IMG/VR virus record: IMGVR_UViG_3300020202_000069
Coordinates: 4,524 to 68,523 of that record
Direction: 5' to 3' (one strand)
From: a virus
Length of the DNA: 64,000 bases
The notes beneath the pieces are model-generated. The model did not search any database. It had not been told where the DNA came from and worked only from the letters and a program-made list of their open reading frames with translations. Both the position numbers and the translations under genes were made by a program. Positions within the stretch are counted from its first letter, which is position 1; each line of letters starts with the position of its first letter. Positions 44,122 to 52,980 of this stretch are shown piece after piece.

Positions 44122-45020
44122 ACAGTTCTCTCCAAACGGGCGAGGTCACGCGCGGAACACTCCGAGATACCATGTCGAGGCCCGGCGCCGATCGGGACGC
44201 TGCTGGTCATCGTCTGGTAGTTCATCACGACGAGTTCCGTGACCTCCCCTCTGCTGGTGCTCTTCGCCGATACCGATCGCTGGACACTGGCCGTCAGGAT
44301 GTTCCATCCGGCGTAGAGCGCGCGCGTCTCCGGCGTGTCGGCGTTCGTGAGCATCCACCGTACTCCGCGCCGGTCGAGAACAGGCAGCCACTCTGCAAGC
44401 GCTTGCTGCTCTTTCGGTCCGAACCCATTCGCCTGGTAGCCCACGAAGTTCGCGGTCTTGCTGATCGGTACGTAGGGCGGGTCAAGGAACACGAACTCGC
44501 CCGCCCGAGCTGCGTCGAGCGCCAACTCGAACGGCATCGACTCCAGCGTCACCCCTTGAAGCAGTCGTGATGCCTCCCGGATCTTCTCCGCGTTGCAGAT
44601 CGTGGGGTTGGTGTACTTGCCAAAGGGCACGTTGAACTCACCCCGCCGGTTTACGCGGTAGAGCCCGTTGAAGCAGGTCCGGTTGAGGTAAAGGAACCAG
44701 GCGGCACGGAGCGCACGAGGAGCCTCCCGAGCCGCGTTGAAGAGCATCCGCACGCTATAGTAGGTCTGCTCGGCGTACCGCAGCGCGGAGAGCTCCTCGA
44801 TCACCGCCTCGGGATCATCTCTCACCGCCTGGTACATCGCGGTCAGGTCGGCGTTCAGGTCGCTCAGGTAGCACGGCGCTCTGCCGAGGTAGTGCCGAGC
44901 GACCGCGCCCCCACCAAGGAACGGCTCACGATAGCCAGTGACGACATCGGGCGATGGTAGTAGGTGGGCGTACTGCTCGGTCAGCCAGCGCTTAAAGCCT
45001 GCCCATTTAAGGATGTTCAT
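44118..45020 (-). CDS. dam: DNA adenine methyltransferase, Dam/D12 class
   Basis: LKWAG.K, EPFLGGGAV, YLNRTCFNGLYRVN...FNVPFG, FLDPPY. Confidence 0.95.
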   Translation of the reverse strand: MNILKWAGFKRWLTEQYAHLLPSPDVVTGYREPFLGGGAVARHYLGRAPCYLSDLNADLTAMYQAVRDDPEAVIEELSALRYAEQTYYSVRMLFNAAREAPRALRAAWFLYLNRTCFNGLYRVNRRGEFNVPFGKYTNPTICNAEKIREASRLLQGVTLESMPFELALDAARAGEFVFLDPPYVPISKTANFVGYQANGFGPKEQQALAEWLPVLDRRGVRWMLTNADTPETRALYAGWNILTASVQRSVSAKSTSRGEVTELVVMNYQTMTSSVPIGAGPRHGISECSARDLARLERTV

Positions 45021-45068
45021 GACGCGATCCCTTCAAGTGGATCTCGCTGGAGCCACCGCAGCCATGGA

Positions 45069-45260
45069 TCAAAGCCTATGACCGTAGGCTTCGTCGACGG
45101 CGCGCGCCACGATCTCGATCGTAACATCGTCGTTCCCGATCTTGGTGTTCCCGTAGGCCCAGTCGATCATCTGCTCGCGAGTCGGTCGGGCCGGCAGGCG
45201 ACCCTCGGCACGCATGCGATCGACTTCAGCCAGAAGCTCCTCGTAGCTTCGCTCTTTCAC
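45069..45260 (-). CDS. Small conserved-looking protein (63 aa, WAYGNTKI motif)
   Basis: GTG after GGAGG; first gene downstream of the promoter at 45485-45513. Confidence 0.65.
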   Translation of the reverse strand: MKERSYEELLAEVDRMRAEGRLPARPTREQMIDWAYGNTKIGNDDVTIEIVARAVDEAYGHRL

Positions 45261-45479
45261 GGAGTCCTCCGATTTGTACTAGTGGACCAAGACCGGGGGC
45301 AGCCGCATGACCGCCCGGACAAGCAGTGATCCCACCCAACACCCAAAGCCCTGGGTCGGCGTTTCTACCGCCGATCACCAGAGCCCGGGTGTGCGCCCGT
45401 TCTCGCTAGGGGACTCCTCCTTGTGTGGTTGGTGGGCGCCCAACTCTTTCTACGGTGGAGCGAACTGCACTCCGTAGTT
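45261..45479 (-). ncRNA. Candidate structured 5' leader/ncRNA (~215 nt)
   Basis: Several hand-verified stems incl. a ~21-bp hairpin, plus long-range GGAGUCC/GGACUCC pairing over the RBS. Confidence 0.45.
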
Positions 45480-45484
45480 AGCGC

Positions 45485-45513
45485 ATTATGCGCTTTGACG
45501 TCGATTCGCGCAA
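45485..45513 (-). promoter_or_regulatory. Sigma-70-type promoter TTGCGC-N17-CATAAT
   Basis: Consensus-like hexamers with 17-nt spacer, intergenic. Confidence 0.65.
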
Positions 45514-45538
45514 GCGAAAGCGCTCCTGATCCTCGTCG

Positions 45539-46024
45539 CTATCTGAGCCTCTTGGAGGCTCGCCTGGATGCGGTTACCTCGCGCCTCAGTCTGCGCTGGA
45601 GCTCCTCTATCGTCTCGCTTCCCGTCATCTCGATCACGACCTCTGCTCGTGGCTGCGCTGGATCTTCGTGGACCTCGACGAGGGCATGCACGATCCTAGC
45701 ATCGTCATGATAGGCGACGCCGTTGAGCCCGTCGGTCACGCTCTTTGCGAGGTTGTCCCAGTCGCCCCGGCGCTCGGCTCGATAGAAGCGCAGGGTCACC
45801 GAATAGGCTCCCCAGTCGGTGCGCCAGCCCTGTGTCTGGTAGACAGCGACTCGGGCCAGGGTGCGGACGTGGGCCTCGTAGGAGGCCGTCTTCTCGGGCG
45901 TGAAGGCATGAGCCCGAGTGCGCCCGTGGCTCCTGCTCACGACTATGCGAGCCCGTGCGCAGGGCACGGGAGGACCGGGGATGGTGAAGCGTAGAGAAGG
46001 CAACGGCACGGGCTTCGCGGTCAT
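45539..46024 (-). CDS. rusA: RusA-family Holliday junction resolvase
   Basis: PGPPVP..RAR, GDWDNLAKSVTDGLNG..YHDDARI. Confidence 0.9.
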   Translation of the reverse strand: MTAKPVPLPSLRFTIPGPPVPCARARIVVSRSHGRTRAHAFTPEKTASYEAHVRTLARVAVYQTQGWRTDWGAYSVTLRFYRAERRGDWDNLAKSVTDGLNGVAYHDDARIVHALVEVHEDPAQPRAEVVIEMTGSETIEELQRRLRREVTASRRASKRLR

Positions 46025-46027
46025 GTC

Positions 46028-46300
46028 CTACGGATCCTTTCCCGCCGTACCTCGAGCTGCGACCTGCTCCCGGATCCATGCGTCCGCTCGCTCCTTCGCA
46101 TCAGCCACCTTGGCAGCGGTAGCGGTTCGCTGGGTTCCGTCGGGGAGCATGGCCGTCCATCGGACATTGGGAGCTCGCCCGCGCACGGTGATGGCATCGT
46201 GGATCGCGGAGTCTTTCTGCCACTTCCTGAACCAGCACCGCTGGACGATCGGTGTCCAATTCGTGAGCCTGTAGCCGTCGAGGATGATGGGCTTGCTCAT
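46028..46300 (-). CDS. Hypothetical protein
   Basis: ORF track; GGAG RBS. Confidence 0.6.
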   Translation of the reverse strand: MSKPIILDGYRLTNWTPIVQRCWFRKWQKDSAIHDAITVRGRAPNVRWTAMLPDGTQRTATAAKVADAKERADAWIREQVAARGTAGKDP

Positions 46301-46307
46301 GGCGCCG

Positions 46308-46739
46308 CTATCTCCGTATCGCCTCTTCGATGCTCAGCACCTCAATCCCGCCGGATCTGAGTAGGTCTAGCCCCGAGGAGTCGCGGTACTGGACCCCATA
46401 CACCACTCTGGCGATTTCGGCGTTGACGATCAGCTTTGCACAGTCGCGGCACGGGCTGTGCGTCACGTACATGTGCTTCTTCTTGCCGAAGTTGTAGTCG
46501 CACTTAACCAGTGCGTTGACCTCGGCGTGGATGAACCCGCTCTTGCCTGGTTCGGTCGACTCGTGCTCGTGCGGGCCGCCCTTGTAGTTGCCATTGTAGC
46601 CGACCGACAGCATCCGGGTGTTATCGGCGGAGATGATAATGGCACCCGCCTGCAAACGCGGATCGTACGACCGGCACGCTATCGTCCGGGCGACAGCCAT
46701 CCAGGTCTCGGCCCACGTCGGTCGCGTGTGCCCTGTCAT
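46308..46739 (-). CDS. dCMP deaminase
   Basis: GYNG, HAEVNA, THSPCRDC zinc motifs. Confidence 0.93.
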   Translation of the reverse strand: MTGHTRPTWAETWMAVARTIACRSYDPRLQAGAIIISADNTRMLSVGYNGNYKGGPHEHESTEPGKSGFIHAEVNALVKCDYNFGKKKHMYVTHSPCRDCAKLIVNAEIARVVYGVQYRDSSGLDLLRSGGIEVLSIEEAIRR

Positions 46740-47491
46740 GCGTTTCTCCCCGTGATCGGATCGACGTCGGAGAGGGCGGATGGTTCAGTACCTGTAGCCT
46801 CTTTTCCAGACCTCTGGAGCCGGGCGATCTCTGCGTTCGCTTCCTCCAGCCGGCGCGCGAGTTCCGGCATCAGGACCCGAGACCCCTCAATCCAGATCCC
46901 ATCCTCCCGCTTCGGCCAGTCAGGAGCATAATCGTCGACGAGAACGACCCGTTCCTCGTCGGGGCCCACGATGCCGCCACAGCAATCCGTCGGGAGCATT
47001 TCATCGTCCTCACGCAGGATAGCCTTCCACGGCGGCTTCGTGGCGATGCGATCGAAGTCCTTCACCTTCGCGATCAGATCGGCGTCAGAGAGGTCTCTGA
47101 CCTCTTCAGGGTCGGAGAGTCTTGCGGGGATCATGGCTCGGATTCCTCGGGGCTCTTGGCGGGCTGCGTCTCCAGCCATAATCCGGTGGATCTCCGCGTC
47201 GAGGATCTGTCCCACTTCCTCGAAGGCATCTTCGCGCGCGCTTTCTCGGTCGCACCCAGCCCAATCACGACGATCGCCGTAGTCCTGGTTAGCTCGCTGA
47301 GCTGCCAGGCGAAGGATCTCGATCCGGTCCTTCAGGTCTTGAAGCACCTGGATCACGCCTGCGCTTGGCGCTCGAGCACGTCGATCCTCGTGGACAGCCG
47401 CTGCGATGGCAACTCGGAGCGCCTGAAGGATCGGATTATTCCCGCCACCGATCAGGTGTTGGGCAATAGCTTCGAGAGTCTCGAACATCAT
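46736..47491 (-). CDS. Hypothetical protein
   Basis: ATGA coupling. Confidence 0.6.
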   Translation of the reverse strand: MMFETLEAIAQHLIGGGNNPILQALRVAIAAAVHEDRRARAPSAGVIQVLQDLKDRIEILRLAAQRANQDYGDRRDWAGCDRESAREDAFEEVGQILDAEIHRIMAGDAARQEPRGIRAMIPARLSDPEEVRDLSDADLIAKVKDFDRIATKPPWKAILREDDEMLPTDCCGGIVGPDEERVVLVDDYAPDWPKREDGIWIEGSRVLMPELARRLEEANAEIARLQRSGKEATGTEPSALSDVDPITGRNA

Positions 47492-47557
47492 GAGTCAGCC
47501 GTCCTCCACCGCTAACTCGTCTGTCTGAGGTTGTAGGTCTTGTCGCTCATAGGCGGC

Positions 47558-48406
47558 TCACTTACCGCACTCGCCGTGGACCACAGCGCACGCGTCGATC
47601 CCGCTGAGACCCTGGCCGTCTGACGTCATGACCCACGACGGGCACCACCCAGCATCGACGAACCTCCGAGCGCCCAACTCCGAGCAACCCTCAGCATCGA
47701 CAAGCCATCGCACGACTTCCTCCGCGCTCGGAAAGACAGGCGAGATCGGCGATCCCTCCGAGACCGTCTCCCAAACCTGCCACCCATCTCCACTAGGCGG
47801 ATCCTCCGCCTGCCAGTTCTCGTAGACTTCTTTCACGGCAGGATCCAAGCCCTCCCCACCGCAGACCTTGCAGATGCCCCACGTTTCTACGTCAAGGCCG
47901 GCTGCACCGATCAGAGTCTTTCGGATCCGGTAAGCAGCCATGCCTCCGATAGAAGAGAGATCCTCACCGGGTGCTAGCCCCTGTACAAGCGTCGCCAACT
48001 CGTCATCGAGTGCAAGAAGCTGGGGCGGATTCTGCTGAAGATACACGTGGAGCGCTCGCATTCGCTCGCCTTCGTCCTTGATCCCGCGGATGCGAACCAT
48101 CGTGTCACGCGAGACATCGGTCCACGGCGCTTGGCCCCACTCTCTCAGGTATGGATGCGGGTAGATGCGGCCGGCTCTCTTGAAGTGCGCCTGATGATCA
48201 GGCGCACACTGCGCCGCCTCCTGGCCGAGCATAGCAATCAGACGGCACACGGCGTCGAGCCACTTGCCGGCGTTCGTGTAGCCACCATGGCAGTTGTTCT
48301 TTGTCGCCTCTGGACACTCTCGGTAATGGGGATTAACGAATCCCTTCCAGACCTTGTTCAGCGGCCAATTGAATTCTAGTGGTACCCTGCGAATCTCGCG
48401 ACCCAT
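47558..48406 (-). CDS. Conserved phage protein (MGREIRRVP family) with CxxC motifs
   Basis: WETVSEGSPISPVF motif; GGAGG-like RBS. Confidence 0.75.
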   Translation of the reverse strand: MGREIRRVPLEFNWPLNKVWKGFVNPHYRECPEATKNNCHGGYTNAGKWLDAVCRLIAMLGQEAAQCAPDHQAHFKRAGRIYPHPYLREWGQAPWTDVSRDTMVRIRGIKDEGERMRALHVYLQQNPPQLLALDDELATLVQGLAPGEDLSSIGGMAAYRIRKTLIGAAGLDVETWGICKVCGGEGLDPAVKEVYENWQAEDPPSGDGWQVWETVSEGSPISPVFPSAEEVVRWLVDAEGCSELGARRFVDAGWCPSWVMTSDGQGLSGIDACAVVHGECGK

Positions 48407-48478
48407 GCTCTCCTCCAGCGAGCCTCATCGCTCCCATAAGCGACAGGCGCGGACAATTACCCTATCACGTCTCACCGA

Positions 48479-49234
48479 CTACGCCACCGAATCCAACTCT
48501 TCTTTCGACGCTTCCAGCACGGATCGCCAGTAGACCCGATCCTGTTTGCTTCCCCTCCGCAGAGCTTCGGCGACCATCTCTAGCGCCGCGGGGCCACCTG
48601 CCTCGCACTGATAACAATGCACCGCATGCTGCACGCGGGCCCCCTTCACCGCTTTCCTGAGCAGGTCGGCCGCAATCCGATGCTCGCACGTCGAGAGGAC
48701 CCCCTCGCCATTGACGATCTTGACCACGTTGCGCATGTAGGGATCGTGGTAGGCCTCGGTTTCCGCGTAGCCACTTGCCCGCTCGATCGCGAGCCAGAAG
48801 TCCTCATCGGGAGGTTCGGCCTTGCGCATTGCTGCGCCTCGCACGAATGGGCTCTTGCCACGCACGTCGATCAGGCTCACGTCGATCACGCCCCAGCCCT
48901 GCGTGCCCGGGTAGTCGTCGACCTCGCCGGGGCTCGATAGGATTCGGCTCCAGTCGTTGACCACGAGGTAGCTCTGCGAGCAGTAAACCCGGATCTTGGC
49001 ACCCTTCGAGGGGTCCGCGGACTGTCGCCGAAAGTCGGCGCGCGAGTCCTTGATCTCGAATTCCGTCTGCGTATCGCCAGACTTGCGGCTCGAGGGCCAC
49101 AACTGGATCGCCAAAGCGTCGCACCAGCCCTTGTTGGCGAAGCCGGTAGCATTCCCGACATGGCCCACGAACCTGTACTGCGGCGGCCTGTACAGGGTCG
49201 CGAGCTTGCGACGGATCTCGGCTTCAGCGCTCAT
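48479..49234 (-). CDS. PD-(D/E)xK-like nuclease (MmcB-like)
   Basis: CDALAI...EFEIKDSRADF motif; ATGA-coupled to dnaB. Confidence 0.6.
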   Translation of the reverse strand: MSAEAEIRRKLATLYRPPQYRFVGHVGNATGFANKGWCDALAIQLWPSSRKSGDTQTEFEIKDSRADFRRQSADPSKGAKIRVYCSQSYLVVNDWSRILSSPGEVDDYPGTQGWGVIDVSLIDVRGKSPFVRGAAMRKAEPPDEDFWLAIERASGYAETEAYHDPYMRNVVKIVNGEGVLSTCEHRIAADLLRKAVKGARVQHAVHCYQCEAGGPAALEMVAEALRRGSKQDRVYWRSVLEASKEELDSVA

Positions 49235-50769
49235 CGGGTTCCCTTCTTTCCTCGCCGCTCCTCGGCCGCGGTGCGGCGCTCCTCGATAATTCGGTCCCGA
49301 TCCTCTCGGGACATGTTGTCGAAGCGGACAATATGCGGTGTAAACCACGCGAGGACGCGCCCGCATTCGCCTCCGCCGCGGCACTTGTCCACGAGCAGAT
49401 CAGCCGCCTCCGGGTCAAACACGGCGCCCGGTTCGCGGAACGTATGCGAGCGCTCGAACGCGCTCTCATTCCAGATCAGGATCACCTTGTCCGCGTCGTG
49501 GACGATCGCCTTGCACTCGCGGAGGTCTTCCTTGCGCGGAAGGCGCCCCTTCTGGTGCGCGTCGTCGTTGAGCTGCGCAAGCACGATCACGGGCACACCG
49601 AGCTCTTTTGAGAGGCCCTTGAGTCCTCGTGAAGCCGCGGCAAGCTCCTGGTCGCGCCGCTCATGCGACTGCCCGGTGTCGTCCGCGCCCATGAGTTGGA
49701 TGTAGTCCACGAGGATCACGCGGAGCCGTTGCCCGTGTTTGCGCGCTTGTGCGGCGACACGGCGCGACTTGGCGCGGATCTGGAGCGGAGAGAGCGCGGG
49801 GCGATCGTCGAAGTACACACTGTCGATCGGAAGCCGCTGGGCCGTAGCGGTGATCTCGGCCCACTCCTCCCGAGATATCTTCGACATCTGCGAGGACTTC
49901 GACCCATGGATCCTCGCCTCAGAGAACAGGGCTCGCGTTGCGAGCTCGTGCGCCGTCATCTCGTGCGAAAACACAAGCGCCGCTTGTTGATACTCCGTCG
50001 GCTCGTCCCGGTCGTTCAGGAGCATCACCTTGTGCGCCGCAGCATGGAGCACGATCTGCATTCCCATCGCGCTCTTGCCGATTCCAGAGTGCGCCGCGAT
50101 GATCGCCATCTGGCCCGGCCTGATGCCGCGGATCAAGGCGTCGAGGTCCACAAGGCCGGTCTGGATCCCGGTGTCCGGCGATTCCGACGTTAGATCGCGA
50201 AACACCTCCGCGAGAACGATGCGCAGCGTCGGGGCCTCCGTGTCCTCAGCGGCGTCGTTTGATACTGACTGAATATCCGCCTCAACGCTGTCGAGGAACG
50301 TGGCGACGTCACCGACGCCGACGTACACCTGAGCCTGCGCGTACTGGCACTTCGCCGCGAGTTGCCGGAGGCGCCATGTATCGCGCACAATGCGCGCGTG
50401 ATCGAGTACGTTCGCGACCGCCGGGGTCGCGTCCACGATCTCGGCGAGGTAGCTTGATCCGCCGATCTGCTGGAGCCGCCCGTGTTCGCGGAGCCATGCT
50501 GCGACGGCAACGATATCGGTCGGCTTCCCTTCGGTGCTCAGGGCGTAGCAGGCGCGCGCGATCCACTGGTGGGCATCGGAGTAGAATCGATCGGCCGGGA
50601 GCAAGACGGCGACCTCGGGAACCGCCTCCGGCCACAGCATACACGCGGACAAGACGGCCTTCTCGGCGCCCATGTCATGCGGTGGGATGCGCCCCTCAAT
50701 CGAGGCGGGCGCATTCGGGCGGCGCTCGCCCTGCCCGCTGCGGCGGCGCTCGTCTCGGGGTGGATTCAT
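49231..50769 (-). CDS. dnaB: Replicative DNA helicase
   Basis: PPHDMGAEKAVL N-domain, GKS Walker A, DYIQLM, LAQLN, DADKV. Confidence 0.95.
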   Translation of the reverse strand: MNPPRDERRRSGQGERRPNAPASIEGRIPPHDMGAEKAVLSACMLWPEAVPEVAVLLPADRFYSDAHQWIARACYALSTEGKPTDIVAVAAWLREHGRLQQIGGSSYLAEIVDATPAVANVLDHARIVRDTWRLRQLAAKCQYAQAQVYVGVGDVATFLDSVEADIQSVSNDAAEDTEAPTLRIVLAEVFRDLTSESPDTGIQTGLVDLDALIRGIRPGQMAIIAAHSGIGKSAMGMQIVLHAAAHKVMLLNDRDEPTEYQQAALVFSHEMTAHELATRALFSEARIHGSKSSQMSKISREEWAEITATAQRLPIDSVYFDDRPALSPLQIRAKSRRVAAQARKHGQRLRVILVDYIQLMGADDTGQSHERRDQELAAASRGLKGLSKELGVPVIVLAQLNDDAHQKGRLPRKEDLRECKAIVHDADKVILIWNESAFERSHTFREPGAVFDPEAADLLVDKCRGGGECGRVLAWFTPHIVRFDNMSREDRDRIIEERRTAAEERRGKKGTR

Positions 50770-51863
50770 GCGGCGCCCCGGAGGAAAGAACGAGCCGGCA
50801 TCCCGATCGCGCTGAACAGGAGCGCGGCACGCTCCGCTGGGCTCACAGCAGGCTCGGGCAGAGCCTCGGAGATGGGCTCCGCTCGCCGCGCCCCGATGCC
50901 CGCGAGAGCGGTACGGCCAAGCGCTGCGACCGTGGCCCGGTAGCGCTGCGACGCGGCCCCGGTGGCATGCATCTCCTCGTCCTCAGCCCGGACCTCATCA
51001 AGCTTGGCTTTCTGGTCGGGCGACATCCGGACGCGGCCCGTGCGATCGAACTGGTCGAGGAGCCCACGGCAGAAGTTCCGAGCGTGGCCCCCCGGGGGGC
51101 CGGCGGCCTTCCGACGGATCAGGTCGATGTCGGACTCGCGGCCCTCGTTCGGAGCCCGGATGCTGGCCAGCATGGGGCCCGGTTTGCCATCCGGTTTGCC
51201 ATCCGGTTTGCTATTTTTGCCATCCATCGCGCGCGCGGTTTCAGGTAGCGCCTCGCCCTCTTCACCGTGATTTCTCTTTTCTTTTTCAATATTTGAAGAA
51301 GAGAGAGAAGGAAGATCATGGTTACCGGAGGCGTCTACGGTTTTGCCATCCGGTTTGCTATTTTTGCCATCGGTTTTGCCATCGGTTTTGCCATCCGGTT
51401 TGCTATTTTTGCCATCGTTTGCCATCCGGTTTTGCCATCGCCGGAGGGCTCCGGCGCGACCGGCGGCGGCACGCTTGGCGGACACATCGGGGCGGTTCGA
51501 CCCGATTCGACGAGACGGACGCGACACCTCCACGAGGGGCGCCTCGGTGGACTCGGCGGCGGTCGTCGGTAGCGGGCTCGCGGTGGCACTCCGCGGGCCG
51601 TTGTAGACGTCGAAGTCGTGGATCTGAAACCCGCCCTCTACGAGGTGGGCGAGCCCGTGCTCGTGGCCAGCACGGGCCTCTACGAGGCGCTTCCAGGTCT
51701 TCGCCCCACCGAAGTGGGCGATCATGTCCTTGGGGATAAACCCCTGCGTTCCGCGCTCGTCGCTCCATGCACCAGCGCGCACGAACGCGCCGAAGGCGGC
51801 ATCACCAGCAGCAGCGATCTTCTCATGAAACGCAGCACCTGTAGCGATCTGGAAAGCCATCAC
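50766..51863 (-). CDS. Replication initiator (lambda O-like organisation)
   Basis: N-terminal wHTH-like domain with FQIHDF..YN; internal DGK repeats encoded by DNA direct repeats; directly upstream of dnaB. Confidence 0.75.
   Translation of the reverse strand: MMAFQIATGAAFHEKIAAAGDAAFGAFVRAGAWSDERGTQGFIPKDMIAHFGGAKTWKRLVEARAGHEHGLAHLVEGGFQIHDFDVYNGPRSATASPLPTTAAESTEAPLVEVSRPSRRIGSNRPDVSAKRAAAGRAGALRRWQNRMANDGKNSKPDGKTDGKTDGKNSKPDGKTVDASGNHDLPSLSSSNIEKEKRNHGEEGEALPETARAMDGKNSKPDGKPDGKPGPMLASIRAPNEGRESDIDLIRRKAAGPPGGHARNFCRGLLDQFDRTGRVRMSPDQKAKLDEVRAEDEEMHATGAASQRYRATVAALGRTALAGIGARRAEPISEALPEPAVSPAERAALLFSAIGMPARSFLRGAA
51183..51439. repeat. Probable origin of replication: 10 TTTGCCATC iterons flanking an AT-rich, purine/pyrimidine-skewed tract
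   Basis: Copies start at 51183, 51195, 51216, 51342, 51363, 51375, 51387, 51408, 51418, 51431; tract at 51271-51315. Confidence 0.8.
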
Positions 51864-51938
51864 GTGCCCTCCCGGGACTACCGATCGGCGCCCCGATTAC
51901 TGTCCATTCACACCGATCCGCGGTACCTCGCCATGCGC

Positions 51939-52088
51939 CTACGCCGCTTCCTGGAGCGCAGCCAGGACCGCTTCGACGTCTTTGATCTGGATCATGTTGG
52001 TGGTGATCCGGCCGGCGCGGATCGCTTCGGCTAGGCGCCGAATCCGCTCGCGCTCAGCGCGTTCCCACGCAGTAGAATCAAAGATCAT
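51939..52088 (-). CDS. Small hypothetical protein (49 aa)
   Basis: ATGA coupling; GGAG RBS. Confidence 0.5.
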   Translation of the reverse strand: MIFDSTAWERAERERIRRLAEAIRAGRITTNMIQIKDVEAVLAALQEAA

Positions 52089-52390
52089 GCACTCCTCCGC
52101 GAAAGACACGTCTCCAGCACGTAGCGTCGACCCACATAGGTCCTGCCTCGGTAGGTCATACCGGGCCGGATCAGGTAGCCGCCCTTCGTGGCAAGGTGCT
52201 CCCACGGCATGGCGGGCTCGTAGTATTCACACCCCTTGACCTTCCAGACATGGACCAGGACGAGGAACGGGTCCCTCAGGGGCCTTGAGGTCTTGACCGG
52301 GTGCGTGGGTCTCTGGAGTGGCACCTGAGCGGCTCCAGAGGCGCGGAGACGATATGCCGGCCAGTGATCCTCATGCAGCGGGGGCAGCAT
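52085..52390 (-). CDS. Hypothetical protein
   Basis: ORF track. Confidence 0.5.
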   Translation of the reverse strand: MLPPLHEDHWPAYRLRASGAAQVPLQRPTHPVKTSRPLRDPFLVLVHVWKVKGCEYYEPAMPWEHLATKGGYLIRPGMTYRGRTYVGRRYVLETCLSRRSA

Positions 52391-52684
52391 CTATCTCTCC
52401 TTTTTGCGGAAGGCTGCGATCTGTTCTCGGAGGCTCTGGTCTGCGAGCCGCTCTGCGTCCTGGCGATCGCGACCGTTGCCACTCTGTCGACGGGCGTCGG
52501 GTAGGCCTGCTGCCCACCATGTACCGTCGAAGCCGCCCACGAAGGAGGCGGTCTGCTCTAGGTCGGGCTTGCGCCAAGTTCGGCGGGGGTAGTCTCCCCA
52601 GAGTTCATCGTGGGGGGCATGGTGCCATTCCGAGAGCTTCCAGCCGTCGACCACCGTGCCCGTAAGCTTTGCCGGCTTCTTCAT
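52391..52684 (-). CDS. Hypothetical protein
   Basis: ATGA coupling. Confidence 0.55.
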   Translation of the reverse strand: MKKPAKLTGTVVDGWKLSEWHHAPHDELWGDYPRRTWRKPDLEQTASFVGGFDGTWWAAGLPDARRQSGNGRDRQDAERLADQSLREQIAAFRKKER

Positions 52685-52980
52685 GAAGCCTCGTCAGCGG
52701 TGCGCACCGTAGAGGTAGCGCTGCTTCTCTTCGGGTGGCTGAGGCGCCATCGGATCCTGTCCTTGGGTCGATTCGCTTCTCGACACTTCTGGCACCTCGA
52801 GTGCCCATACCCAGGAGCTCCACAGGATCCGCATCGACCCGTATTCACGCGGCTCCAGTAGGAGCAGAAGGATCGCCCCTTGTTCCGCTCGACCTTCCAG
52901 AGAGAGGGAGGCGGATAGAAGATCCGAAGGCCACAGGCTCGGGCGATTCGGACTCGGAAGGGAGGGAGGATCAGGGGCAT
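52681..52980 (-). CDS. Small Zn-finger protein
   Basis: CGSCG...CQKC; GGAG RBS. Confidence 0.5.
   Translation of the reverse strand: MPLILPPFRVRIARACGLRIFYPPPSLWKVERNKGRSFCSYWSRVNTGRCGSCGAPGYGHSRCQKCREANRPKDRIRWRLSHPKRSSATSTVRTADEAS

Noticed and set aside
49231-50769. DnaB inactivation suggested by AHSGIGKS in place of the usual R-containing P-loop
   Set aside because: The GKS core, DYIQLM and LAQLN motifs are intact; treated as ordinary divergence
51183-51439. CRISPR-like array
   Set aside because: Repeats are 9-22 nt, with no unique 30-40 nt spacers, lie inside a CDS, and no cas genes are present; better explained as iterons
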